Assembly: GCF_006345805.1 (NCBI RefSeq)
Contig: NC_043022.1
Location: forward strand, 1,922,001-1,986,000
From: Octopus sinensis
Taxonomy: Eukaryota
Direction: 5' to 3'
Length of the DNA: 64,000 nucleotides
Shown: piece after piece, positions 49,831-63,059 of the stretch
Position numbering within the stretch: the stretch's first letter is position 1
Layout: each line of letters starts with the position of its first letter
The notes under the pieces: model-generated
Database searches by the model: none
The model's input: only the letters and a program-made list of their open reading frames with translations
What the model was told of the DNA's origin: nothing
Position numbers and translations under genes: made by a program

Positions 49831-50919
49831 TTCTCTTATTACTTTGATAAGAAGACGAAGCTGCCGGAGAAATGTTATGGATGAGGACGACTACGATGAT
49901 GATGATGATGAATGATGATAGTGGTGATAGTGATGGTAAGGAGAGTTGAGGTCAGAGGATAATGCAGGTGTATACACACACACGCATGCACATACACATG
50001 TATGTGTGTGTGTGTGTGTATGTATTGTTGTACATATGTGTATCATCATCATTTTAACATCTATTTCTCTATGCTTGCATGGGTCGGATGGAGTTTGTTC
50101 TTGAGGCAGATTTTCTATGGCTGGGATGCTCTCCCTGTCACCAACCCTCATCTATTTCCATGCAAGGGGATGATATTTCTCCAGTGTCCAGACATGTCTT
50201 CATGAAGATTGCAAAGGAGGGACACTGCTTGTATGATGGTGATGTTTGTTTACAGCCATTGTATGATGTCAAGACATGGGTACACACACACACACGCACA
50301 CCTCACGATTGCAAGGTTGTGAGTTCAATTCTCAGTGGCACGTTATGTCAACTTGTTTCACATTACTCCAGTCTACTCACCTGGCCAAAATGAGTTGTGC
50401 CTGTAATTTTAAATAATCTCTTTGAGAGCTACATTATAAGTATGCATGTCTGTGGTGTACTCAGCCACTTGCATGTTAATTTCATGAGCAGCCTGTTCAG
50501 ATCAACAAAAAACCCTCGTTATAAGAACTGAAGACGTGCCAGTTGCACACACACACAACACACACACTCTCTCTCTCTCTCTTAATTTCTGTAAGGCAAA
50601 TTCACCCCGAAGCCATTAGTCAGCTAGGTGCCATGCATTGGGATTGAACCTGAAACCATGTGGTTGGGAAGCGAATTCCATAAACCACACCGTTCTTCTT
50701 CACACACACACAAGTCAGAATTGAGTCATTGGAGCAAGACGTGCTCTTCTGACTCATTAGATCTTGTTGGATCTTCTAACCCATACCACCATAGAAAGTT
50801 GATGAAAAATGGTGATGATGATGGTAATTGGGTTTGATGGGTAAATTGTCACCATTTTACAATTCTAATTTTGTGCATGTGCATTGTTTGTTTTTTGATT
50901 TTGTCGACTACATAGTATA

Positions 50920-51285
50920 GTAGGGTCAGTTGGGCACTGTCTGTGAGAAAAACAGCACCATGACGCAATTGGAAACAACATGTTGTACTGCTTATCATTT
51001 GCACCGGAAGCTCCAATATGAACATTTCAGAGTGTTTGGGTGTCAATCTGAGGACGTGTACCGAGAATGACAAAAATCAAACATCCAGTCAACATCATGG
51101 TGTTTGGAGTGATCACTAGTGATGGCGGTGTTTTACCTCCATTCATATTCCCACATGGCCTCACACTCAACGTTGGAGGCCTACATCAAGTGCCTGGAGG
51201 AGGTAGTGCTGCTCTAGGTGAAGAGGGTAGCTGCTGGAAGACCCTATGTCTGGCAACAGGACTCTACACCATGCCACACAAGCAT
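50920..51285 (+). pseudogene. Deleted maT/DD37D-like transposase remnant
   Basis: TKIKHPVNIMVFGVITSDGGVLPPFIFPHGLTLN, then after a frameshift AYIKCLEEVVL..GRPYVWQQDSTPCHTS. Confidence 0.75.
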
Positions 51286-51359
51286 AGTTGAATGAGAGCA
51301 CGTATCCCTGTCCCGTAAAATTCTGTTGACTGTTCTTTGAGCCACTTCTTCACTAGTTT

Positions 51360-51679
51360 TCACTTCCTCATCACTGGACTATCATCTGTTTGGCCCCATG
51401 AAAGAGGGTTTGAGAGGCAAACATTATTCCAGTGAAGAGGAAGTGGAAACTGTAGTGAAGAAGTGGCTCAAAGAACAGTCAACAGAATTTTATTGGGTAG
51501 GGATACATGCTCTCATTCGAAGGTGGAACATTGCTATTGAGAGAAATGGCGACTATGTTGAAAAATAGGGATGTGATCTACAGAGGACCAGCTTCATTTC
51601 GATGTATGATACATGTTCCTGTGTTGGTAATTGTACCTGTCCTAAACAAAATAGCATTACTTTTTAACTCACCCTCATA
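51360..51679 (+). pseudogene. mariner (DD34D) 3' fragment with right TIR
   Basis: DYHLFGPMKEGLRGKHYSSEEEVETVVKKWLKEQ...RWNIAIERNGDYVEK*; ends gcattactttttaactcaccctca-TA. Confidence 0.8.
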
Positions 51680-51687
51680 TATATATG

Positions 51688-51756
<69 letters not shown>

Positions 51757-52577
51757 TCATGGTATTGGATGTAGTTATACATCACAGGTCACAATGTGCT
51801 TCACATTGTTATAGCTTTTAAATCATGCCTTCCCATTGGTTAGACAGGTCAGCAGGCAGGTCATGGTTTCCCCACTGAATAAATTGGCAGTTCATTGCAG
51901 GGTTTACACATTTACAGCTGAGAGGAATGAAACAACATGAAATGAAGCGTTTTTTCTCAAGGACTGACCATGTCTCCGCTCTAGGAATCAGAACCATGAT
52001 CTTGTGATTACAAGCGCAGCACCCTAACCACTAGGCCACTAGCTTCACACACACGCACACACACACAAAAGCATGGATGCATACATATACGTGCGTACCA
52101 CTCCCTTATTGGAAACGGAAAATAACAAACAAGTTAAAAGGAGAAAGGAAACAAACCATTCCAACAAAAACAGACGGAATGAAGATGAACACTCTATAAA
52201 CAAACGTGTATATATATAGATCTGGTTATATATACAGAAGTATGTGTGGATATCTATGATGTATGTATAAACATATATCTGGGTTTTTACATCGGAATGT
52301 GTATAATTGTCTATTGTATAGACAAACATATGTCTGCTTAGAAACACAGGAATCTTTGTAATGTTATACATTCACGTGATGGATACACAGTAATTGATAT
52401 ATCTAATTGCAGGTGTATGCATGTGTATGTGTGCATGTGTGTGCGGATATTAATATTTGTGTGTTTATATATACACACACACACATATATCTGCATATTT
52501 ATATGTATGCCTACATTTGTGTATGTATGTGTGTGTATATATATACATATGCATACATATATATATATATATATATA

Positions 52578-52981
52578 TACTCTTTTACTTGTTTCAGTCA
52601 TTTGACTGTGGCCATGCTGGAGCACCGCCTTTAGTTGAGCAAATCGACCCCGGGACTTATTCTTTGTAAGCCCAGTACTTATTTTATCGGTCCCTTTTGC
52701 CGAACCGCTAAGTGACGGGGACGTAAACACACCAGCATCGGTTGTCAAGCAATGCTAGGGGGACAAACACAGACACACAAACATATACACACACACTTAT
52801 ATATATATACATATATACGACAGGCTTCTTTCAGTTTCTGTCTACCAAATCCACTCACAAGGCATTGGTCCGCCCGGGGCTATAGCAGAAGACACTTGCC
52901 CAAGATGCCACGCAGTGGGACTGAACCCGGAACCATGTGGTTGGTTAGCAAGCTACTTACCACACAGCCACTCCTGCGCCT
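52578..52981 (-). mobile_element. Family A SINE, full length
   Basis: Reverse complement of the consensus. Confidence 0.9.
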
Positions 52982-53111
52982 ATATATATATATATATATA
53001 TATATACATACACACACACACACGTAAATATACAAATATGTACACATAGTCATGCATATATCTGCATGTACATACATAAACATATAGATAATCAAAAAGA
53101 GGAAAAAGTTC

Positions 53112-53387
53112 AGGCATGGCTGTGTGGTAAGAAGCTTGCTTCCCAACCACATGGTTCTGGGTTCAGTCTCACTGAGTGGCACTTTGGGCAAGTGTCTTCT
53201 ACTATAGCCTCAGGCCAACCAAAGCCTTGTGAGTGGATTTGGTAGACAGAAACTGAAAGAAGCCCATCGTGTGTGTGTGTGTTTATATATATATATATAT
53301 TTATTTATATAAATATATATATATATATTTATAAGAGACCAAAATATATATATTTATATGTGTGTGTATATAAAGTGTGTATGTGTA

Positions 53388-53422
<35 letters not shown>

Positions 53423-53656
53423 TTATGTGTGTGTCTGTGTCTCTGTATTTGTTCCCCACATGACCACTTATAGCCTCTGTTGAGGTGCTTATGTCCCTGT
53501 AACTTAGCAGCTTGGCAAAGAAGACTAATAGAATAAGTGTTAGGCTAGGAAACAAAAATTAGCCCTGGGGTCGATCTGCTCGACTAAAATCCTTCAGAGG
53601 CGGTGCTCCAGCATGGCTGCAGTCAAGTGACTGAAACAAATGAAAGAATAAAAGAG
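53112..53656 (+). mobile_element. Family A SINE with expanded microsatellite
   Basis: Head and tail are separated by ~180 bp of TA/TG. Confidence 0.85.
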
Positions 53657-53749
53657 TATGTTTATGTATGTATAAGCATATATATATGTGTTTGTTTGTA
53701 TGTGTGGTGTGTTTGGATGTATGTGTATGTTTGTGTATATTTCTGTGTA

Positions 53750-54117
53750 AGGAACAGCTTAGTAACATCTGGAGTAGCAAAAGTGTCCCAACTAAGTTAA
53801 AAACAAGGCTAGTGTGAGCACACGTTGGGTCAATAAGCATTTGTGGTTGCGAAGCATGGACTCTGAACAAATTTGAGGAGAACATAACCAATGTGCTTGA
53901 AATAGGTGTGTAGAAAAACGCTACAAGTGAAAAGCAATCCAAGACGTTTAGTGAAAAACACACACACACAAAACACACACACATACACACACACAAACAC
54001 ACACACACAAACACACACACACACACACACACATACACACACACATACACACACACATACACACACATACACACACAAACACACACACACACAAACACAC
54101 ACACACACGCACACACA

Positions 54118-54171
<54 letters not shown>

Positions 54172-54595
54172 CAAACACACACATATGTGCAAACACAGAC
54201 ATACATATATACAAACCAAACTCCCTGGATTGCTCCTTTCATTCCCCCACCCCCCATACATCATGACCGTTGCCACCACTGCTACCCACCATTTCACTCC
54301 GCCTGGTGATTTCATTATATTATATCGGTTTGCAGTTACCCCCCCTCACTAATGAATGGGTGAAAGACGATGAGTCCTGAACACTGTGGAAAAAAACAAA
54401 AGCTTGTCTATTATTCAAAGAATCTGACGTCTGGAAAATATTGTGAAAGGAAGAATAGAGGGTAGCAGATGAAGAAGCAGGCAAAGAATGGTATGGGTGG
54501 ACAATATCAAGAGATGGTTGAACAAGAATGGCAAGGCACATGGATGACTTGTGCTTAATCGGAAGGCTTTCATTACGCTACGGGTGTACAATATA
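53750..54595 (+). pseudogene. Decayed RTE (BovB-like) LINE C-terminal region, interrupted at ~53925-54352
   Basis: LSNIWSSKSVPTKLKTRL..GCEAWTLNKFEE, then NEWV..IVKGRIEGSR*RSRQRMVWVDNIKRWL. Confidence 0.75.
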
Positions 54596-55850
54596 TGACG
54601 ATGAGCCCCAGGGTCATCTAGGATCAAGTGACAATGAGCCCTGGGTCATCTAGGATCAAGTGGATGATGAGCCTTGGGTCATCTAGGATCAAGTGGACGA
54701 TGAGCCCTGGGTCATCTAGGATTAAGTGGACGATGAGCCCCAGGGTCATCTAGGATCAAGTGGACGATGAGCCCCAGGGTCATCTAGGATCAAGTGGACA
54801 ATGAGCCCTGGGTCATCTAGGATCAAGTGGATGATGAGCCCTGGGTCATCTAGGATCAAGTGGACGATGAGCCCTGGGTCATCTAGGATCAAGTGGATGA
54901 TGAGCCCTGGGTCATCTAGGGTCAAGTGGATGATGAGCCCTGGGACATCTAGGATCAAGTGGACGATGAGCCCTGGGTCATCTAGGGTCAAGTGGATGAT
55001 GAGCCCTGGGACATCTAGGATCAAGTGGACGATGAGCCTTGGGTCATCTAGGATTAAGTGGACAATGAGCCCTGGGTCATCTAGGGTCAAGTGGATGATG
55101 AGCCCTGGGACATCTAGGATCAAGTGGACGATGAGCCCTGGGTCATCTAGGGTCAAGTGGATGATGAGCCCTGGGTCATCTAGGGTCAAGTGGATGATGA
55201 GCCTTGGGTCATCTAGGATTAAGTGGACAATGAGCCCTGGGTCATCTAGGGTCAAGTGGATGATGAGCCCTGGGACATCTAGGATCAAGTGGACGATGAG
55301 CCCTGGGTCATCTAGGGTCAAGTGGGCAATGAGCCCTGGGTTATCTAGGATCAAGTGGACGATGAGCCCTGGGTCATCTAGGATCAAGTGGACAATGAGC
55401 CCTGGGTCATCTAGGGTCAAGTGGATGATGAGCCCTGGGTCATCTAGGGTCAAATAGACGATGAGCCCTGGGTCATCTAGGATCAAGTGGAAGATGAGCC
55501 CTGAGTCATCTAGGGTCAAGTGGACGATGAGCCCTGAGTCATCTAGGATCAAGTGGATGATGAGCCCCAGGGTCATCTAGGATCAAGTGGACGATGAGCC
55601 CTGGGTTATCTAGGATCAAGTGGACGATGAGCCCTGAGTCATCTAGGGTCAAGTGGACAATGAGCCCTGGGTCATCTAGGGTCAAGTGGACGATGAGCCC
55701 TGGGTCATCTAGGATCAAGTGGGCAATGAGCCCTGGGTCATCTAGGATCAAGTGGACGATGAGCCCTGGGTCATCTAGGATCAAGTGGAAGATGAGCCCT
55801 GAGTCATCTAGGGTCAAGTGGACGATGAGCCCTGGGTCATCTAGGATCAA
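54596..55850. repeat. 33-bp minisatellite (gatgagccctgggtcatctaggatcaagtggac), ~38 units
   Basis: Head-to-tail units with no spacers; occasional 34-bp ccccagg variant. Confidence 0.97.
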
Positions 55851-55955
55851 AGGTGTTCCTTCTGGTAACATTCCATCTTTGAAGTTTATTTGCTGGGTTT
55901 ACATTATCCAGTTTGTTTTTTCCCCTTTTTTGTTGAGATGGTAGACTGTGGTATT

Positions 55956-56596
55956 TACTCTCTACTCTTTTAGTTGTTTCATTTGACTGCGGCCATGTTG
56001 GAGCACCGCCTTTAGTCAAACAAATCGACCCCCAGGACTTATTCTTTGTAAGCCTAGTACTTATTCTATCAGTTTCTCTTGCCGAACTGCTAAGTTATGG
56101 GGGACATAAACACACCAGCATCGGTTGTCAAGCGATGGGGACAAACACAGACACACACACACATATACATATATAATTATATATGACAGGCTTCATTCAG
56201 TTTCCATCTGCCAAATCCACTCACAAGGCTTTGGTTGGCCTGAGGCTATAGTTGAAGACACTTGTCCAAGGTGTCATGCAGTGGGACTGAACTCGGAAGC
56301 ATGTGTTTGGTAAGCAAGCTACTTACCTATTTCTTTATTGCCCACAAGGGGCTAAACATAGAGGGGACAAACAAGGACAGACATAGGTATTAAGTCGATT
56401 ACATCAACCCCAGTGCGTAACTGGTACTTAAATTATCGACCCCGAAAGGATGAAAGGCAAAGTTGACCTCGGCGGAATTTGAACTCAGAACGTTGCGACA
56501 GATGAAATACCGCTAAGCATTTCGCATGGCGCGCTAACGTTTCTGCCAGCTCGCCGCCTTAAGCAAGCTATTTACCACACAGCCATTCCTGCGCCT
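55956..56596 (-). mobile_element. Family A SINE interrupted by a family E SINE
   Basis: The A sequence breaks at ~56327 and resumes at ~56560. Confidence 0.85.
56328..56560 (-). mobile_element. Family E SINE with ~17-bp TSD
   Basis: Flanked by taagcaagctacttacc / taagcaagctatttacc. Confidence 0.9.
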
Positions 56597-56803
56597 GAGG
56601 AAAATTTGACTGCTATTACTAGCAGAACCACATAGAAGTTCCCTCACTGCATATAAGCACTATACATACCACACATTCACTAACTGAACCCCCACCACAC
56701 ACACACACACATCTATACATACACAGCACTTACATACATTCACATATACATATCTATATTTATGCAATATATCACATTCATACGCATATCTCACTTTAGT
56801 ATA

Positions 56804-57704
56804 TGAGGTGCTATCAAAAAGTTCCTGGACTGGTTATGTTTGATAAAAAACAACTTATTTACCTAAGTTTTAACCTTATCTCCTTTGAATTAGTGACCTT
56901 GCATAGCAATACACTGGTCCCAGTGTTCCTGCAACTTTTGGAATCTGGCCTGGAAGTTATTTTCCGTAAGTGAGTTGAGGACCTTCTGCGATTCATTGTT
57001 GATCTTGACAATGATGTTAAAATGGCAACATTTGAGCTGTATACTTATTTGAGCTGTATATTCATCTTGAGGAAGAGATGAAAGTCTGCACGAGCTAAAT
57101 CTGGTGAATAGGTCAGGTGCAGAAGTGGTACCATGTTGTTCTTTGGAGAGTAACTCACGAGTGAGGAGAGCTTGGTGACAGGATGCATTGTACTCTTGAA
57201 GAATCCAATTCTTTGTGCTCCACAAATTTGGTCACTTTTGTTCTTCCTCAAATGCTTCAAAATGTCACAGTAGAACTCTCGGTTGACGGGCTGGCCCTGG
57301 AGGATGAATTCTGGATGCACAATACCACAGAAATTGCAAAAATTATGAGCAAGTTCTTGATTGAGCTGTGGCTCTGACGGGAGATGAAGGGTTCTTTCAT
57401 TGTGATGACTGCTATTTTGTCTCAGGGTCATGCTGAATGTCTCTGTAGCAGACTTACCAAGTTTAATGCGAAATTCCATGTTGGCTCTTTGTTCCAACTT
57501 CCTGTCCATGACAAAATTCGCAGACTACAGCATACACATGGTCACAAAAACACAAATTGCACAACTTGCGAAATAAACACAGTGATGTCACTCACCACAC
57601 TGCCTCATGGAGATCACTGCTAGCTCTCACTGCACATGCAACTGTGTGCTGCCATCTGTTGGCCTGCTATAAAATTAATCCAGGAACTTTTTGATACCAC
57701 CTCA
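56804..57704 (-). mobile_element. Internally deleted mariner transposon
   Basis: TA-flanked TIRs tgaggtgctatcaaaaagttcctgga / tccaggaactttttgataccacctca. Remnants LEQRANMEFRIKLGKSATET, GIVHPEF..VNREFYCDILKHLR, YSPDLARADFHLF and WDQCIAMQG. Confidence 0.9.
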
Positions 57705-57902
57705 TATGCATATATGGGTAGTCATTGCTGGTGAGGGTTTCACGAATTTGTAATGCAAATCTATCTCAACCGTGTTGGTGCAGTTACCTTCCCTGACTTA
57801 TGCAAGCATGACAAAGTGGATGTTAACCCAATGATGATATGTCTGTGTGTGTGCTTGTGTGTGTGTGTGTATGCATGTGTGTGTGAGGTTATATTTTGTT
57901 TA

Positions 57903-58241
57903 TCTCTATATATATAAAGCTGAAGTTGTCTGTGTATGGCAGGTTTGGTAGCCTTCAACTAACACTATCTCCTCCGAGACCCTGCGGTGCAAGTTGACCA
58001 AAATTGAGAGTATGATAGAAGAAAGCTTGCTCTTCCTTCCGTAGAAGTAAAAATTCAAATTGGACCATGTTAACACCAAAAATTATTTACATCAAAAAGG
58101 TGCTTTTTTCCTATGAAAATCCCTATATTTTACGATTTTTTACTGCTGTGTTGCCATTTTTCGGTGTATTTCAACCAGAAAAATGTTCACTTAAAGAGAA
58201 TAACAAACTACATAATGCAAAAGTTTTACTTTTCAAAAATT
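57903..58241 (+). mobile_element. Helitron-type element, 3'-truncated copy of 11294-11675
   Basis: TC start; body is the reverse complement of ~11335-11670. Confidence 0.7.
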
Positions 58242-58603
58242 CCATCCGATCGTGGCCGATGCCAGCCCCGCCTCGACTGGCTTCTGTGCCGGTGGCACAT
58301 AAAAAGCACCATCCGAACGTGGCCGATGCCAGCCCCGCCTCGACTGGCTTCTGTGCCGGTGGCACATAAAAAGCACCATCCGAATGTGGCCGATGCCAGA
58401 CCCCTCTGGCACCTGTGCAGGTGGCACGTAAAAAGCACCCACTACACTCACGGAGTGGTTGGCGTTAGGAAGGGCATCCAGCTGTAGAAACACTGCCAGA
58501 TCAGACTGGAGCCTGGAGCAGCCCCTGGCTCCCCAGACCCCGGTCGAACCGTCCAACCCGTGCTAGCGCGGAAAACGGACGTTAAACGATGATGATGATG
58601 TTG
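58242..58603 (+). mobile_element. Family B 3' end with three tandem 67-bp units
   Basis: ccatccga.. units start at 58242, 58309 and 58376; (gat)n tail. Confidence 0.85.
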
Positions 58604-58884
58604 ATGAAATATACATACATATAAAACAAACATAAACATACATACACATATACATACATACACATATACATATATACATACATAAGCAGTCTTACTGAAA
58701 ATTGGGATAAATAATAACAGTAACAACACCAATAATAATAATTAGAGTGATGATGATACTGGAGTAATTTAAGTCCAAATCACCAGCTTATTGATTTAAA
58801 GGATTATCATAACGATGAGGATAAAGATAATCTCAGATCTGTCTTAAAAGAATAAAGTAAAAAGAAAAAAAAATAATGAAACAG

Positions 58885-59325
58885 AAATATATATATATAT
58901 GTATTATATATATGCGTGTATGTTTGTGCATATATAATTATATGTACATACATACATATATATAAGCACATATATATATATATATACATACACACACACA
59001 CATATATATATATACATATACACACATACATATATATAAGCACATATATATATACATACACACACACATATATATATATACATATACACACATACATATA
59101 TATATATACACACACATATATATATACATATACACACATACATATATATATACACACATATATATGCACACACACATATATATATGTACATATACACACA
59201 TACATATATATATATATACACACATATATATGCACACACACACACACATATATATATACATATACATACATACATATATATATATACACATATATATGCA
59301 CATACACACATATACATATATGAAT
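58885..59325. repeat. Compound (TA)n/(CA)n microsatellite
   Basis: Read directly from the sequence. Confidence 0.95.
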
Positions 59326-59929
59326 GAATAGCAATAATCTTATTCAGTGTGGCGGAATAGTAGAATATAATTAAGATATTAAGGAAACAGGAACGGACAA
59401 GATCAGTGAAACAAACACACACACATTCAAGCAAGTGCACACATGCAGACATATACATATTGATGCAAGCGCATACGTACACACACACACATATACAATA
59501 AAATCACTTTGCCACTCACTCACACTAATCCCCACCACCACCACCACCACCACCACCACCATACATACACACAAACACATTCAACAACATGCTGATGCGT
59601 ACACACACATATAAATATCCAAACACACACACATATTCAAGTAAACACACACACCTGTATATATTCAATCAGACATACACACACGCACACACCCAACTAT
59701 AATTATTCGTCTTTCTCTCCACATAACGAGACCAATTAAGATCATTTAGCAAAAGTCAGGATCAATAAGAGTTTGTTTTCTTTTTCGTTTTAATTTTGTA
59801 TTTTTTGTGTCATGTATCATTTTATACCAATTAGAAGGCTATGGGCTTGCACCCTGTGCCCCTTCATGTGATATTCTTTTATTAGCTTGCATTCCCAGTC
59901 ATCAAATAAACATTATGGATTCTATAAAT

Positions 59930-60657
59930 CAGTGGTTCTCAACCTGGGACCTGTGGACCCCTAGTGGTCCGCAAAAGTAGTAATGGGGGTCTGTGAGCTA
60001 AATCCAAAATTTCATATCTATATACATAAACGTGTAATGGTGTCTGTCTGTGAGTCTGTGTGTTTGGAGTTACTCTAACTCCTCCCACACCGTCCAACTG
60101 ATTTTAATGACTTTTGGCACATGGGTAGATCACATGCCCTGAAGTTCAAATAAGGCTGGAATTTTTTGAAAACTCTATAATGCTCAGTTGGCATCGATTT
60201 TTATGAGCTCAATTGGGCGGTTGAAGGGAAATTCCCGTAACGATGTTATTTTTTCTGCAGCTTTTGCATTTTTTCATGTGTAAAATTTCAACAAAATCGA
60301 TAGAATAAGGAAATGCTTATTCAATACACGGCCAGAGGTGGGCTTCAACATGGAAAACACGAGCAACGCTGGGTCCAACAGCTAGTATATATATATATAT
60401 ATATACAAATTGAGATAGGGGTTGTAAATGCAACCCTCCATGGGATAACATATATCCAATATACTGCTAGTAAAGTACCCAACAAAGTTAATACATAAAT
60501 GTTAAGGATTGCGATGTAATCAATTCATTTACTGTATTATATGGGCAAAGGTAAAATGATTTACCACAAATTACTAATACAAGATACACAGAAGGATAAG
60601 CATATTAAAAGGGGTCCATGAGAAAACTCATTTAAATAAAAGGGTTGGGAAACACTG
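59930..60657. mobile_element. hAT-type MITE with nested insertions
   Basis: Ends cagtggttctcaacc / ggttgggaaacactg; no clear TSD. Confidence 0.6.
60017..60385 (+). mobile_element. Non-autonomous Helitron nested in the hAT MITE
   Basis: A|TCtatatacataaa ... cacgagcaacgctgggtccaacagCTAG|T. Confidence 0.75.
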
Positions 60658-61069
60658 GTCTTATACCATATTTGATTGCTTACTATTGCTGTTGTTGTTC
60701 AGCCTCAGGGCAGCACTGATACAGAGACCTCTGGTTAAAGGCATTCCAACCATGGCCATCCCTTTTTTTGTCATGCATAGTATAACCAGGATGGGAAAGT
60801 GAAAGTAAAAATGCTGCTGCTGATGACATATATCACCATCATCATCATCATCGTCATCATCATCATCACAATGTCCATTTCTCCATGCTTACACAGGTAT
60901 TCTTCCTGGAGGTAAATTCTAGTTTCATGTCTCAGGTGCAGAATTACTTACTTCATCGGCAGATGAGTTGATAGTGACTCAAGGATCGTCAGCCAGGTTC
61001 ACTGTATTCATCTTTGTTCGAAATTATTCATCACATTACACCATGTGCTTTTGTTCATCTGAATGCCCC

Positions 61070-61405
61070 CACAACATTCGCCTCCTTATGAGAGCTCAAA
61101 ATCTCTCGTGGAGGCGCCATCCAACCAAAATGCAAATATATGGGAAACTACCACCTGTGTCATCTCTTGTGAAAGGTAGGAGAGTCCAGTTTGCTGGACA
61201 TTGTTGTAGTGCTGAAGATGAGGCAATTTCTGCTCTTCTCCTCTGGAAGCCATCTACTCGCAATACCAGCGGGCGCACACTCTCCTACCCTGATGTAATC
61301 TCCAGGGATACAGGCATCCAGCAACAGGACTTCCGTAATGCCATGATGGACCATGAAGTCTGGCGTAGCATGGTAAATTCCATGGTAAATGATGATGATG
61401 ATGAC
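61070..61405 (+). pseudogene. RTE LINE 3' end (open C-terminal frame) with (gat)n tail
   Basis: RLLMRAQNLSWRRHPT..IYGKLPPVS..RRVQFAGHC..LLLWKP..GRTLSYPDVISRDTG..AMMDHEVWRSMV. Confidence 0.8.
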
Positions 61406-61948
61406 AACATTCAAAAATGAACATAAAATGAGTCAGTACAATATATAATTAAATAAAGTATTATTACCATTAATGGTCACGAGCAGAAGTAGTCGGGGAG
61501 CATCATAGCCATGGGCCGAGAGGAATTCTTTGGGATTTCGATAATTCAGCTCTGGAAACATGGGTGTTTTGTTCAACAACCTTAAACAACCCTTATTCAG
61601 GGACCTTTTGAGTGGGAAGGGCTACTCGACCAGAAGAAAATTCTAACTAGGCCCCACCTGCAAGATTATGCGCTGTTTATCTTGATATGAGATCTCCATA
61701 TCGTGCACATATGGTTGTGATGCATGTACCTGGTGTACCCTTATCAGACGGGTAGTCATGATGGGTATACTGGGCTTTGTATATTTGTACCCCTGTGTCA
61801 CATTGATGGTATGCATTGCTCTCGTACGTAATAATAACAATGTATAAATTATTTCCTGAGGAGAAATCCTACGGATATCAAGTGGTTAAATAAATATATT
61901 CACCTCTTAACACACAGACACATACACACATATGCACACACACACATA

Positions 61949-61991
<43 letters not shown>

Positions 61992-62630
61992 CACATATTT
62001 TTATATGCACACACACGTATATACCTATATATATATGCATATATCATACATATTTTTATATACACACACAGACAAACATCTATATATATGCACATATCAC
62101 ACACATGCATGCGTGCACGCACACACACAACAATCTATAATCTATTCATCTACTGATGATAATCCAGTAATAATTACACCTGAGATATGCTAAACTTGCA
62201 AATATATTGAAATTGCACTGGCTGACCACTGCTAATTTCATATGATGACCACTGTAATTGTACTTTAAAAAAACCGTGTTGGAGATTTACGGAGGTCACA
62301 TCCTCTTCTACCCCCACCCTCCCCCATCCTCTATGGCTACTACATTAGAAGAATATCTTCCTCAAAGAACAAAGAACCCATAAAACTGCATAAAACCTAA
62401 CCAAGGGGTTACTCCCCAGTGTTACTTCCTAACTGTGCTCTGCAACCTTTTCAAAATTTTGTGGTACACATGGACTCAAAGCATAACTAAAAGTATAGGG
62501 AAAAAAAATTATATTCAAGTTACACTGTGGCACACGTAGCTTTGTCACAACAGTGTGCTATGGCACTGCTCTACAAGTTAAAATATCATAGGCTGCTGTG
62601 TGACAGTTCAGGCATATTTTGTGTTCTCCA

Positions 62631-62764
62631 TTGCCGAACCGCTAAGTTACAGGGATGTAAACACACCAACATCGGTTGTCAAGCGATGGTAGGGGGACAA
62701 ACACACACACACACAAATACATACATACATATACATACACACATATTTTTATATATATATTTAC

Positions 62765-62799
<35 letters not shown>

Positions 62800-62965
62800 A
62801 ATGATGGGCTTCTTTCAGTTTCCATCTACCAAACCCATTCACAAAGATTTGGTTGGCACGAGGCTATAATAGAAGACAGTTGCCCAAGGTGCCAAGCATT
62901 GGCACTGAACCCGGAACCATGTGGTTGGGAAGCAAGCTTCTTACCACACAGCCACTTCTGCACCT
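62631..62965 (-). mobile_element. Family A SINE, 3'-truncated
   Basis: Reverse complement of the consensus. Confidence 0.8.
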
Positions 62966-63059
62966 ATATATGTATGTATAACATATATATAAATATATAT
63001 ATATATGTGTGTGTGTGTGTATGTGTATGTGTGTGTGTGTGTGTGAGCGTGTGTATATT

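Noticed and set aside
54596-55850. CRISPR-like array (33-bp partly palindromic repeats)
   Set aside because: Units are contiguous with no unique spacers, there are no cas genes, and the context is eukaryotic.
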